Shown: positions 1 through 8,935 of the stretch, piece after piece
Layout: each line of letters opens with the position of its first letter
How positions within the stretch are numbered: the stretch's first letter is position 1
Virus record (IMG/VR): IMGVR_UViG_3300023048_000002
Location: 107,341-171,340 of that record
Direction: 5' to 3' (one strand)
From: a virus
Lineage: Duplodnaviria; Caudoviricetes
DNA: 64,000 nt
Notes under the pieces: generated by a model
The model's database searches: none
What the model was told of the DNA's origin: nothing
The model's input: only the letters and a program-made list of their open reading frames with translations
Made by a program: the position numbers and the translations under genes

Positions 1-429
1 ATGAAAGAACTGCTTTGTTTCAAATGCATGCTGATGCCAGTCAACACCTAGAGCGTATAGCTTCTCTGTGATGTAGTCACGAAGATCACCATAGTCAAAG
101 TTGTCATCCCATGCTACAGCTAACGCCTTATTGTTACCTACTTCAGTCATGACAATAACATATGTGTATGGCTTATACTGTGAACCGGGTACAGCATTTA
201 GTTTGATTAAGGATTTATCGATTTCATATGACTGGATATTCAAACCATCTAGTATCAAGTCTGCAATCCTAAATTCCAAATCCTCATATACTAATCTATT
301 GATGCTGTCAATATCATCTTCAGTTAGAACTGAATATCCCACATAGGTTGGGGTTACACTGAGAGTTACCACTACAGCATTCACACTACCATTCTCGTAA
401 TCACCCAACACAATATCAAAGCTGCTCAT
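1..429 (-). CDS. hypothetical protein (3' end runs off the window)
   Basis: Read by hand: ATG at 429 (MSSFDIVLGDYENG...), open to position 1; overlaps the end of 416-670. Confidence 0.7.
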   Translation of the reverse strand, partial: MSSFDIVLGDYENGSVNAVVVTLSVTPTYVGYSVLTEDDIDSINRLVYEDLEFRIADLILDGLNIQSYEIDKSLIKLNAVPGSQYKPYTYVIVMTEVGNNKALAVAWDDNFDYGDLRDYITEKLYALGVDWHQHAFETKQFFH

Positions 430-670
430 CATTATCTCCAAGTATTTCGCGTTCTAATCTATTGATCTGATAGCGTATGTCATTTAAATCTTTTAGTGTA
501 CTTATTTTATCATGGCACTCGTTATACTTCATATTATCCAACAATTGAATAATACGGCTCAATCTTTTTGCATGTTTGTTTAGTTTGGCTGCGGATTGTA
601 AATGACTATAGCATTCATCAAAGGGCTTAAGTTCAGCCTCTGAATCATAATGTTCAATATCATTTGTCAT
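416..670 (-). CDS. hypothetical protein
   Basis: 84-aa ORF, co-oriented with neighbours. Confidence 0.65.
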   Translation of the reverse strand: MTNDIEHYDSEAELKPFDECYSHLQSAAKLNKHAKRLSRIIQLLDNMKYNECHDKISTLKDLNDIRYQINRLEREILGDNDEQL

Positions 671-733
671 GGGGAGATGTCCTGTTTAATCGGATAATAC
701 ACGATATAGGACATGATGTAAAGTTTAAGAAGA

Positions 734-809
734 TGGTGGTGATGGTCGGACTTGAACCGACATTATCGTCTTTATGAGAGACGCGCTCTACCAATTAAGC
801 TACATCACC
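734..809 (-). tRNA. tRNA-Met/Ile2 (CAT)
   Basis: Cloverleaf GGTGATG/CATCACC-A-CCA, anticodon arm CGTCT-CTCATAA-AGACG; Met versus lysidine-Ile not resolved. Confidence 0.9.
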
Positions 810-853
810 AAAGAACCCTTTATTTAACGACGCGGGTAAGTCACGTCATCATC

Positions 854-944
854 TGGCGGAAGGTGAGGGATTCGAACCCACAAACCCCTTTCGGGGTCAA
901 ACACTTTAGCAAAGTGTGCTGTTCACCTATACAGTAGACCTTCC
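854..944 (-). tRNA. tRNA-Ser (GCT)
   Basis: ACACT-TTGCTAA-AGTGT, long V arm, G73-CCA. Confidence 0.9.
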
Positions 945-955
945 AATATAACTAT

Positions 956-1417
956 TTATTGCTTTGTTTTAAACTTTGCAAAGGCTTCACTTAACTTACC
1001 GGGAATGATGTCTTCCAACGTATACATGGTGACATTACCATCAGGCCATAGTGAAGTTTTTCCACTCTTTACTGATCCTCCTGCCTGCGTTCTAATCTTT
1101 TCGATTAAATCATTAAGACTTTTATTATTATCTTTACGAGTCTCAGTTTCTTTCTTAACTGCTTCGCGTTCTAGTTCTGGACCATCTTCTTCAGGAGTTA
1201 GATCATTAAGCTGCTTTAGCTTAGCTTTCAGCGTTTCAAGCTCTGCATTAAACTTAGCAATGACTGCTTTCTTATTTTCAATCTGCCTATTAATATCCTG
1301 AACAGCTACGATTTTTTCATTTCTTAAAAGCTGCTTAAGCTGCGCGGCACGATTTTCTGCTTCGTTAATCTGAGAGATGATATTATCTATAGAAACAGTT
1401 CCACTAAATTCGTTCAT
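956..1417 (-). CDS. coiled-coil hypothetical protein
   Basis: 153-aa ORF with AAGGA RBS, heptad-rich N half. Confidence 0.7.
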   Translation of the reverse strand: MNEFSGTVSIDNIISQINEAENRAAQLKQLLRNEKIVAVQDINRQIENKKAVIAKFNAELETLKAKLKQLNDLTPEEDGPELEREAVKKETETRKDNNKSLNDLIEKIRTQAGGSVKSGKTSLWPDGNVTMYTLEDIIPGKLSEAFAKFKTKQ

Positions 1418-1435
1418 TTTTTATCCTTGATATTA

Positions 1436-1527
1436 TGGAGGAAGGCATCAGAATCGAACTGAAACCGGATTTTATCCCGGTCCAACGCATTTCCAGTGCG
1501 TGACCACTCCTAGTGATATTACCTTCC
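1436..1527 (-). tRNA. tRNA-Ser (GGA)
   Basis: ACGCA-CTGGAAA-TGCGT, long V arm, CCA end. Confidence 0.85.
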
Positions 1528-1540
1528 TTAATTAAAATAA

Positions 1541-2320
1541 TCAAGCCCTATTATTTATAGGGTTTGACTTGTCTTTCCACTGCTTTCTACGTTTGCAATT
1601 GTGCTTCCAAGACTTTTGCATTTTCCATCTGCCACAAAAAACATCATCCCAAGTGTTTGGGGTGTTTGCAATCTTCGCACGGAAGGTTGGTTCACTATCA
1701 TCTTTGATTACAGCAGCCACCTTTCTGTGCAAGTAGTAAGTATGGATACGGCGATAGCGACGATAGAACCTGAACTTATACTCAGTATAATCCTCTCTGT
1801 AACGAGGCTGGATGTTGGTAGATTCTACATGTGCGTAGATTTCCTTGATCTTATCTGGATTACTAGACTTGACCACCAATGTAGCTCGGATCATTTCACG
1901 TAGTGCTTGTTCATGCTTATAAGAAGCAGTCCCGTACTTGTATACGTGAGTCTTTTTAACCATCTCAGATACATCGACAATATCACCTAGGCTATCAGTG
2001 ACGTAAAACCCCCACAGATAATCAGAAGTAGTATTGTCTCTATATTTTGGGACAGCAACATTATCACCATGCTCATCCACCACAACATCAAAATAATATT
2101 CACGAATCGTAGTCTTGTTGATCTTGAAAAGTGAATTTGTATCTTTTGTTTTCTTGGTGGACAATAGACTACTGAAACGGACGCCACTCTGTTTTAAAGA
2201 ATACGCATTCATTTCTCTGTAGAGTTCTTCGATATCATCGAAAGTCCCAATAGCACAATCTATCATTTTATCGTAGACGGTGTATGTCTCTTTCTTAACT
2301 TCAGTTGTTACTAGTTTCAT
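1541..2320 (-). CDS. hypothetical protein with basic C-terminus (P..WDD...KSWK...RRKQW)
   Basis: 259-aa ORF, strong AGGAG RBS. Confidence 0.75.
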   Translation of the reverse strand: MKLVTTEVKKETYTVYDKMIDCAIGTFDDIEELYREMNAYSLKQSGVRFSSLLSTKKTKDTNSLFKINKTTIREYYFDVVVDEHGDNVAVPKYRDNTTSDYLWGFYVTDSLGDIVDVSEMVKKTHVYKYGTASYKHEQALREMIRATLVVKSSNPDKIKEIYAHVESTNIQPRYREDYTEYKFRFYRRYRRIHTYYLHRKVAAVIKDDSEPTFRAKIANTPNTWDDVFCGRWKMQKSWKHNCKRRKQWKDKSNPINNRA

Positions 2321-2343
2321 TACTCTCTCCTAAATGTGTAAAT

Positions 2344-2385
2344 TCACATTCGAAAGAGTAAGAACCTCATGATGCTGTATTTCAT
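2344..2385 (-). CDS. putative leader peptide (uORF) MKYSIMRFLLFRM
   Basis: AGGAG RBS then ATG; overlaps the 5' arm of a hairpin that sequesters the RBS of 1541-2320. Confidence 0.55.
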   Translation of the reverse strand: MKYSIMRFLLFRM

Positions 2386-2399
2386 TTAGTTATCTCCTA

Positions 2400-2699
2400 T
2401 TAACGTCTTACCCAATCATACCCACAGAAGTAGGTATTACCATAACGGTCTTCACAGTACCTCTCAACACGAACCCACTCAGGAGAACGATAGTAAGATG
2501 GCTGATAAACAACATGTGGAACAACGACAACATTTGGACGATAGTAGCCACCACGATATCCACCATGATATCCATTACTATAACCGACACCACCATAACC
2601 ATGATATCCACCACCGACCACAACAGTAACATGTCCTGCGATTGCTGAAGATGATACCAAGGTTAAAGCTGCGATTGCAAGAAATTTAAATAGTTTCAT
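2400..2699 (-). CDS. secreted Gly/Tyr-rich protein
   Basis: Sec signal peptide MKLFKFLAIAALTLVSSSAIA; GYHG/GYY repeats. Confidence 0.7.
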   Translation of the reverse strand: MKLFKFLAIAALTLVSSSAIAGHVTVVVGGGYHGYGGVGYSNGYHGGYRGGYYRPNVVVVPHVVYQPSYYRSPEWVRVERYCEDRYGNTYFCGYDWVRR

Positions 2700-2730
2700 A
2701 ACTAGCCTTTAATTTTATTTAGTGTAAATG

Positions 2731-2763
2731 AAAAATCCCTAGAAGTCAACTTCTAGGGATTTC
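2731..2763. terminator. intrinsic terminator
   Basis: AAATCCCTAGAAG-TCAA-CTTCTAGGGATTT flanked by A/T tracts. Confidence 0.8.
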
Positions 2764-2790
2764 TTATTCATAGAGTATTTACTCAAATTA

Positions 2791-3486
2791 TTAGAAGCTG
2801 TAGCTGACGCCAACAATTCCATAATTGGCTAGGGCTACATTTGAGTCAGCCTTTCCACCGAATGAGTACTTACCATAAGCCTTTAGCTTGCTGGTTACAT
2901 CGAACGAAGCAAAGACTTCGCTGTTATTGTAACTATTCTGAGCAGTTTCCTTATAATGATAACCACTGACAGCAGCGCCGACAGTTAGGGTTGTAGTTAC
3001 TGGAACAGCAACACCGACCTTAGCATAGGTATTCTGGACTGGACCCCAACCCTGACCTACTTCAGCGAATAGAACATCGTATGATGCCTTTACACGGAAT
3101 TCTGAATATTCACCATCACGGAGCTTGCCGTTGCGAACAGTCTGGAATTCTGGTGCATTGTAAACATGATTTGCACTTACATCAAGCTTTAGCTTGTCAG
3201 TAACATCAAATGCATAACCAACACCAACATCACTGCGTAGCTGTGTATGTGCATTGACAGGAGCCGTATCGCCAGTCTTGTTGAAAGTACCAGCAACATA
3301 TAGACCCTTTACGCCCACATCACTTACCTTTACACCGAAACCTACGGTCGGATCATTTGAATATTCCTGACCACGATAATCATAACGGGAAGCCGCTGAA
3401 ACATCAGCAGATACAGACTGTGCCTGAGCTACAGTACCAGTGACCGCTAGAACTACACCACCGATTAGAGTTACGAACTTATTCAT
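2791..3486 (-). CDS. outer-membrane beta-barrel protein (TorF/Gcw_chp-like porin)
   Basis: Signal peptide, SRYDYRG..S..P motif, amphipathic beta strands, C-terminal GVSYSF BAM signal. Confidence 0.75.
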   Translation of the reverse strand: MNKFVTLIGGVVLAVTGTVAQAQSVSADVSAASRYDYRGQEYSNDPTVGFGVKVSDVGVKGLYVAGTFNKTGDTAPVNAHTQLRSDVGVGYAFDVTDKLKLDVSANHVYNAPEFQTVRNGKLRDGEYSEFRVKASYDVLFAEVGQGWGPVQNTYAKVGVAVPVTTTLTVGAAVSGYHYKETAQNSYNNSEVFASFDVTSKLKAYGKYSFGGKADSNVALANYGIVGVSYSF

Positions 3487-3513
3487 ATTTTTTCCTATTT
3501 AAGTTATTCATAT

Positions 3514-3542
3514 ATTATAGACTCGACAGTTTAATATGTCAA
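3514..3542 (-). promoter_or_regulatory. sigma70 consensus promoter for the porin gene
   Basis: TTGACA-17-TATAAT. Confidence 0.85.
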
Positions 3543-3556
3543 GAGTTAAGTATTAG

Positions 3557-4705
3557 TTAACCCTTGATTACATGTGGTACAAACTTGCTGGTATTCTTTG
3601 TTACAACTGTTGAGTCTTCACGAATGCCAACGCCACATGGTTCAGCACCAACAATCCAAGAACCAATCACTGCATAGTTATCACCGAACTTAGGCACTAC
3701 ACAGGTTTCCTGAATGATCATGGTTTCAGAACCATATACGCCTTCAGACGTATATTCACCATCTTCGCTGTTTACCGTAACGTTATTACCTTCACGAGCA
3801 AGGATCGGCTTCTTAACATAATACTGAAGTGTTCCCTCAACATACTCATCACTAAAATAAGCAGGTAGAAGGTTCGGATGGTTCGGAAACAGCTTCCAGA
3901 GAATAGGAAGGATAGCCTTGTTTGAGAGAAGCATTTTCCATACTGGTTCAATCCATGTCTTCATGGAATCAAATGCATGTTCACCAAAATCTTCTTCAAC
4001 CAGCCATTCCCATGGATAAAGCTTAAATAAAGCATTCATAGGACGATCATTCATATCAAGAAACTGCCCATCAGCATAGCCAATGTCATCAATCTTAATA
4101 TATCCTGTGGGAAGTCCTGCACGCTCAGCTACCGACTTCAGGTAAAGTGTTGTGATCAAATCTTCAACAGGTTCAGTGACACTGGTGAAATACAGACGAG
4201 TACCCAATGGTAGACGCGTCTGAATATATTCAAACTGTGATTCCATCGTCTCCTGAATTGAATTGTACTGGTCACGAGAATCACCAAAAACTTCTTCCTT
4301 CCAAAACCACTGGACAATGCTGGCTTCAAAAACTGATGTCGGTGTATCGGCATTGAATTCCAACATCTTGTAGTTACCATCCTTACCAATGGTAAAGTCA
4401 TAGCGACCATAAAGGGTTGGATCATTGCGATACCAAGACTTCTTGATTTCTTCAGCAAGAGATGGAGCAATATTAACATAATGCCATAGGTCGTCATTTT
4501 CAACAATGTAGTCTACGGCCTTCTCACAAAGCTTGAATAGCTCACGAGTAGCATCATAGATGGCATCAGTTTCACTTGTGGTGAATTCATAATAAGCATC
4601 TTCACGCCAATAGATACCATCAGCAGAATCATTGAAATATTCAAAACCAAGCTTACGGACTTTATTCTGCCAATCATGGCGTGGATCAATAACAATGCGT
4701 TTCAT
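3557..4705 (-). CDS. glutathionylspermidine synthase family ATP-grasp protein (YgiC/YjfC-like)
   Basis: LYGRYDF, MLEFNADTPT, FKLYPWEW, IEPVWKMLLSNK, KKPILAREG motifs; start moved to ATG 4705 (MKRIVIDPRHDW). Confidence 0.9.
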   Translation of the reverse strand: MKRIVIDPRHDWQNKVRKLGFEYFNDSADGIYWREDAYYEFTTSETDAIYDATRELFKLCEKAVDYIVENDDLWHYVNIAPSLAEEIKKSWYRNDPTLYGRYDFTIGKDGNYKMLEFNADTPTSVFEASIVQWFWKEEVFGDSRDQYNSIQETMESQFEYIQTRLPLGTRLYFTSVTEPVEDLITTLYLKSVAERAGLPTGYIKIDDIGYADGQFLDMNDRPMNALFKLYPWEWLVEEDFGEHAFDSMKTWIEPVWKMLLSNKAILPILWKLFPNHPNLLPAYFSDEYVEGTLQYYVKKPILAREGNNVTVNSEDGEYTSEGVYGSETMIIQETCVVPKFGDNYAVIGSWIVGAEPCGVGIREDSTVVTKNTSKFVPHVIKG

Positions 4706-4709
4706 TAGA

Positions 4710-5150
4710 TTAACCGCCAGCCGAGCCGAACGAGGCACGGGAAGCTGAGGAACCAAAGCCACCACGCGAAACCGAAGATGAGGAATATGCAGAGCGTGAA
4801 ACGCTTGCACGAGAAGCAACATAAGAACGCGAATTGTTGAAATTAACTGATGGTGCACGCGTGTTCATTACTGAACGTCCACCAGCCATTGGAACAGTGT
4901 TGTTATATGTTACACTGTTATCACGGTGCATGACAGCACCCCACGGATAATAGATTGGACTATAGAAGAAACCTGATGTTCCGCGATAGCAATCATTAGG
5001 GTGGGAGAAGTAACGCTGGCATTCAGACAATGAACTGTACTGTGACTGTAGGGAACGCTGTGAATCGCGCTGTGCAGCACGGTCAAACTCATCAGAGCCA
5101 CATGCCGTGAGAGTTAAAAGCATTGCTGCGAGTAGAGATTTGTTAAGCAT
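4710..5150 (-). CDS. YgiB/DUF1190-like lipoprotein
   Basis: Lipobox LTAC, YSSLSEC motif, C-terminal SRGGFGSS; directly upstream of the YgiC-like gene. Confidence 0.8.
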   Translation of the reverse strand: MLNKSLLAAMLLTLTACGSDEFDRAAQRDSQRSLQSQYSSLSECQRYFSHPNDCYRGTSGFFYSPIYYPWGAVMHRDNSVTYNNTVPMAGGRSVMNTRAPSVNFNNSRSYVASRASVSRSAYSSSSVSRGGFGSSASRASFGSAGG

Positions 5151-5217
5151 GAGAATATCCTCAAAATTGTGTTCGTATTATATTACATACGCCTGAATTA
5201 ATCCTGAATGGATTAAA

Positions 5218-5247
5218 ATAAAGCCCTCACTAGGAGGGCTTTATTTT
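5218..5247. terminator. intrinsic terminator
   Basis: ATAAAGCCCTC-ACTAG-GAGGGCTTTAT. Confidence 0.75.
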
Positions 5248-5981
5248 TAAGAGTTTTGATCTTGATCTGGTCTTACTGAACTTCGATAATTTCTGGTTAC
5301 TGCGGAGATATCCGCGTAAGCTGTTGCGGTACCTGCTGCATTCGCCATGAAGTTAGACGTGAAACCTTTGGTAATACCCAAGCTAGATGATACCTCAAAT
5401 GAATCCTGATTTGCACCTAGATAAATGAACTTCCAACCCTTAGCTTCAGCCTTGGTGATAAGTTCCTTAACCTTGGCATTGTCAAATTCTCTTGAAGAGT
5501 TCTCACCACCATCAGTTAGAATAGCGATTACATTATTCTTCTTGTTCTTGGCTTCAAGTTCAACAAGGGTAGTGCCAATAGCATCATACAATGCAGTCAT
5601 GCCGCGTGGAACATACTGGTCAGCAGTGATTTCCTTGACATCAGCTAGGGCTACTGAATTGAATAGTTCTTCATGCTTGTCATCGAAAATCTTAACAGTT
5701 ACGAATGCATCACCTAGATCGGCAAGCTTCTTCTGTTCGTTGATGAAAGAATTGATACCACCAATTGAATCCTTGATGATTGAATTCATTGAACCAGAGC
5801 GATCTAAGATAGCAGTGATATAAACTGCATTATCTGATAATAATTCATTCATCTTATCGTTAAAGCTTTTCGTAGCTTCATCAATAATTTTCTTCCTTTC
5901 ATCAACTGAAAGGTGATCCGGTAATTCTAGGGTAAATACTTTATTACCATTAGGTAATGTTTCTACTTTAACTTCAGACAT
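5247..5981 (-). CDS. von Willebrand factor A domain protein
   Basis: MIDAS DRSGSM, TALYDA, ILTDGGENSS. Confidence 0.9.
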   Translation of the reverse strand: MSEVKVETLPNGNKVFTLELPDHLSVDERKKIIDEATKSFNDKMNELLSDNAVYITAILDRSGSMNSIIKDSIGGINSFINEQKKLADLGDAFVTVKIFDDKHEELFNSVALADVKEITADQYVPRGMTALYDAIGTTLVELEAKNKKNNVIAILTDGGENSSREFDNAKVKELITKAEAKGWKFIYLGANQDSFEVSSSLGITKGFTSNFMANAAGTATAYADISAVTRNYRSSVRPDQDQNS

Positions 5982-6004
5982 AAAAAAGACTCCATTAGGA
6001 GTCT
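5982..6004 (-). terminator. terminator-like hairpin after the Thr tRNA/HNH unit
   Basis: AGACTCC-TAAT-GGAGTCT followed by T tract. Confidence 0.65.
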
Positions 6005-6042
6005 GAATATATCATGTTTTAATAATATGTCAATTTTTTAAA

Positions 6043-6118
6043 TGGTGCCCTCAGACGGAATTGCACCGCCGACCTTCTGATTACGAAACAGACATTCTAC
6101 TGACTGAACTATAAGGGC
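6043..6118 (-). tRNA. tRNA-Thr (CGT)
   Basis: GCCCTTA/TGAGGGC-A-CCA, loop TTCGTAA. Confidence 0.85.
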
Positions 6119-6120
6119 TT

Positions 6121-6203
6121 AATCGATTTGTACAAAATGTTTGATTTCTAATCGTTACTATACAATCGTAATCGATTTTGCGCAAAATGTTTGATTTATA
6201 ATT
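6121..6203. repeat. imperfect direct repeat, 2 x ~32 bp
   Basis: AATCGATTTGTACAAAATGTTTGATTTCTAAT and AATCGATTTTGCGCAAAATGTTTGATTTATAAT. Confidence 0.7.
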
Positions 6204-6205
6204 AT

Positions 6206-6883
6206 TTAATAACTCTTGCCGTCCTGATAACGTTGGCGTCTTGAATGCCTTCCATTACCTTTGTTTTTATTTTTATATGTTGGTGTTAGAGTGTGGCAGT
6301 TGGGACATAACAATCTAATATTATTTATACTACTATCTTCATGATTACCATTAATATGGTCAACTTCCAAAGTTATTTTTTGGCTATGCCAATCAGATAA
6401 CCCACAAAATGTATTTGAGCATTTGTATCCAAACAACAGGGAAAGCATTTTTCTTAATAGGCGATTAGATGCTGATGTTTTACCATCTATGAGCCATCCA
6501 TCTATCTTAACCCACAAATGATGTTGATCATCACATTCACGCGAACAATATTTTTTAGCAACGCTATGGTTTAGAGTTTTACAACAAAATAAGCATTTTC
6601 TTTTATTTCTTTTTAGATTATTGAAAATTGCAGCACATGAGTGACTACAAAATGTGTTTTCTTTATGATCAAATAAATTTTGACAATTTATACATGTCTT
6701 CTTCAACTTTTCAGTTAATGGAACAGCTATCCCAAAGTTGATCCAATTCTCATGCCTACCAAAAAGCTTTAAACATTTATTTTGATATGGTAATGCTGAA
6801 TCTTTATTTAATTCTATCTTAGAAGGATATCTATTGTTCTCCAATATGAAATCATTCAATTGTTTTATTTCTTTATCAAACAT
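6206..6883 (-). mobile_element. free-standing HNH homing endonuclease
   Basis: LEVDHINGN...NIRLLCPNCH motif plus N-terminal CxxC zinc fingers; inserted between Thr tRNA genes. Confidence 0.85.
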
Positions 6884-6940
6884 AAAAGGGTTTATCTATA
6901 TCTTGATAATATAGATAAACCCTTTTTAAGTCAATAAACT

Positions 6941-7030
6941 TGGAGCCGCCCACAGGATTCGAACCTGCGATGTAGGTATTACCATTCTTGCTTACAAGGC
7001 AAGCCCTTTCGACCACTCAGGCAAGACGGC
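6941..7030 (-). tRNA. tRNA-Thr (TGT) with long variable arm
   Basis: CTTGC-CTTGTAA-GCAAG, ~18-nt V region, CCA. Confidence 0.8.
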
Positions 7031-7039
7031 TCATTAAAT

Positions 7040-7122
7040 TGGTGCTGGACACAGGATTCGAACCTGCAACGTGGAATACCTGATTACAAAACAGGTGCCT
7101 TCAACCATTCAGCCAATCCAGC
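7040..7122 (-). tRNA. tRNA-Thr (TGT) with enlarged variable loop
   Basis: GCTGGAT/GTCCAGC-A-CCA, loop TTTGTAA, 11-nt V region. Confidence 0.85.
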
Positions 7123-7139
7123 ATTCTTAAATACGAATG

Positions 7140-7147
7140 TATTTATA
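7140..7147 (-). promoter_or_regulatory. T4-type late promoter upstream of Thr tRNAs
   Basis: TATAAATA; a TTGACC-17-TAAGAT sigma70-like promoter lies just upstream. Confidence 0.65.
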
Positions 7148-7235
7148 AACTTGTGATGAGATTTTAATCTTATCATTTAATTTAGTATCGGTCAAGTGAT
7201 CAATATCATCTTGACCATTCAAGAAGAAATCCTTA

Positions 7236-7610
7236 TTAACCCTTGGTGTCAAGATAGATTGCGCGTTTGACTTCAGGAGTTTCTTCGTGGGTTAGCTGGG
7301 TTAATTCTAATTTGATTGTTTTATCTGGATGTTCTGATGGAACCATAGTGACCAAGAGAGTATTAAACAATCCCGCTTCTTTACTTTCAAAATTTAGATC
7401 ATACTTCTTACCATACTTTCTAAAGATAGGAAGCATAGCACGCATGAGATAGAGTGGAAGATTCTTCTGTGGGAGAGCCTGTACATCTAGAACCTTCATT
7501 CCATCTGTTGGTGCAGCATTAGAAGAAACCAAGACAGCCTTAAACATAGGCTGTCTTGTATCAATAGCTTCTTCTAGCTTTTCATTTAGGTTGAAAATTA
7601 AATCAAACAT
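7236..7610 (-). CDS. hypothetical protein
   Basis: 124-aa ORF with ATAAATA upstream. Confidence 0.7.
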   Translation of the reverse strand: MFDLIFNLNEKLEEAIDTRQPMFKAVLVSSNAAPTDGMKVLDVQALPQKNLPLYLMRAMLPIFRKYGKKYDLNFESKEAGLFNTLLVTMVPSEHPDKTIKLELTQLTHEETPEVKRAIYLDTKG

Positions 7611-7632
7611 AGATTACTCAATAATCTATTAT

Positions 7633-8613
7633 TTATGACTTAATGCCCATCCAAGTGTCATCCAGCGATTTCTTGGTATCCATCAAGGCAAATTCTGAAA
7701 CGGTCTTGGCAATTTCAAATCCATTTCTCTTAAGTTCACTTGCCCATGCAATAACCCAATAATCATGATCATTACGGTTATTATCGGTTCGAATTGTCCC
7801 CATGATCTTAACCATTCCTTCTACATCACTACGCAATGCATTCTTAGAAATATGCAAGCGTGTTCCTCCAAAATGATTATTTGAAATCTCTCGCAATTTT
7901 GATAAATCATTTAGTTCAACAAAGATGGTGAAATGGCTCTCATAATATCCATCAGGATTTCCATCAAGGATAGGATGCCAAGGTACTGTTTCAATCTTTG
8001 TACGAATGACATCAAATCCATCAACATATAGCGTATTAATTAGATTATCAGCAAACATTTTAGCATCATCGTATGTACCGATGATTACGGATGCCGTTGT
8101 TAGTTGCTGCGGAGCATCACCTAAATCGAGGACAATAGCTTTTAAATTATTTAATGTCTTACAGTATTTTTCAAACACTGCAATATCAATTGGCTTTTTG
8201 TTCCAACGATCTTCGCTTAAAGTCAAGTGAATCTCAAATGGATACTTACCATCTGACTTATCTTGATCATTTCTCTTAGACCAATGAATAGCCTTATCTG
8301 ACAGCATAGAGGTAATATCACTATCTTCATACCCCAATGAATATGCAATTGATAATGCAACAAGCATCACATCAGCAACTTCGTCCAAAATTTTATCTTT
8401 AGATGCTATCTTGTGTCTAGCACCCTGAGCATTCTCGTGTGTGAGAACAGCATCAGCAAGCTCTCCACCTTCAATGAATAGCTTTGAGGATTTCTGGCTA
8501 AGGGTCTTCGTATCCTTTAGGGATAGTTGCTTAACAAGCGCTAAAATATCGTCTCTCATTCTGTTGGTCCTGATGTGTCCATGTTTTTGTAATGCTTTCT
8601 CTGTGCTAGGCAA
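7633..8613 (-). CDS. MazG-like NTP pyrophosphatase domain protein
   Basis: KLFIEGGELADA...DEVADV motif plus unknown C-terminal domain (EIHLT, RTKIETVPW, YYESH). Confidence 0.65.
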   Translation of the reverse strand: MPSTEKALQKHGHIRTNRMRDDILALVKQLSLKDTKTLSQKSSKLFIEGGELADAVLTHENAQGARHKIASKDKILDEVADVMLVALSIAYSLGYEDSDITSMLSDKAIHWSKRNDQDKSDGKYPFEIHLTLSEDRWNKKPIDIAVFEKYCKTLNNLKAIVLDLGDAPQQLTTASVIIGTYDDAKMFADNLINTLYVDGFDVIRTKIETVPWHPILDGNPDGYYESHFTIFVELNDLSKLREISNNHFGGTRLHISKNALRSDVEGMVKIMGTIRTDNNRNDHDYWVIAWASELKRNGFEIAKTVSEFALMDTKKSLDDTWMGIKS

Positions 8614-8903
8614 GAATCATGGAACTCTTTCGTAATCTTGATTTCACCATAGGTATTACCGGGAACCATATTACAAAATGCTTCATTCATTGATTTAAGT
8701 TGATCCCTTACCTTACAACACTTCATATGTCCACTGGAACTAGTGCCATTACTGTTAACTGTAATAGTGTATGGACAGTCTTTTTCTGGTTGCTTTATGC
8801 ATTTCTGTGTAATCGCTGATGGCTTACGATCAACAATGAATAGCCATACTATCAGAAGCAGAAAAATTAAAAATAATACAATTGATTCCATAATTATCTC
8901 CAA
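8556..8903 (-). CDS. membrane-anchored hypothetical protein
   Basis: N-terminal transmembrane helix, Cys-rich. Confidence 0.55.
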   Translation of the reverse strand: MEIIMESIVLFLIFLLLIVWLFIVDRKPSAITQKCIKQPEKDCPYTITVNSNGTSSSGHMKCCKVRDQLKSMNEAFCNMVPGNTYGEIKITKEFHDSCLAQRKHYKNMDTSGPTE

Positions 8904-8904
8904 A

Positions 8905-8932
8905 GAAAAAGGCTGGGTTCACCAGCCTTTTT
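8905..8932. terminator. intrinsic terminator
   Basis: AAAAGGCTGG-GTTCA-CCAGCCTTTT. Confidence 0.75.
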
Positions 8933-8935
8933 AAC

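Noticed and set aside
752-937. Plus-strand ORFs over tRNA genes (also 19295-19519 and 20596-20922)
   Set aside because: Antisense shadows of tRNA arrays with no RBS or protein-like composition.
4706-4858. N-terminal extension of the GSP-synthase ORF in the track
   Set aside because: Overlaps the YgiB-like gene; family similarity starts at ATG 4705.
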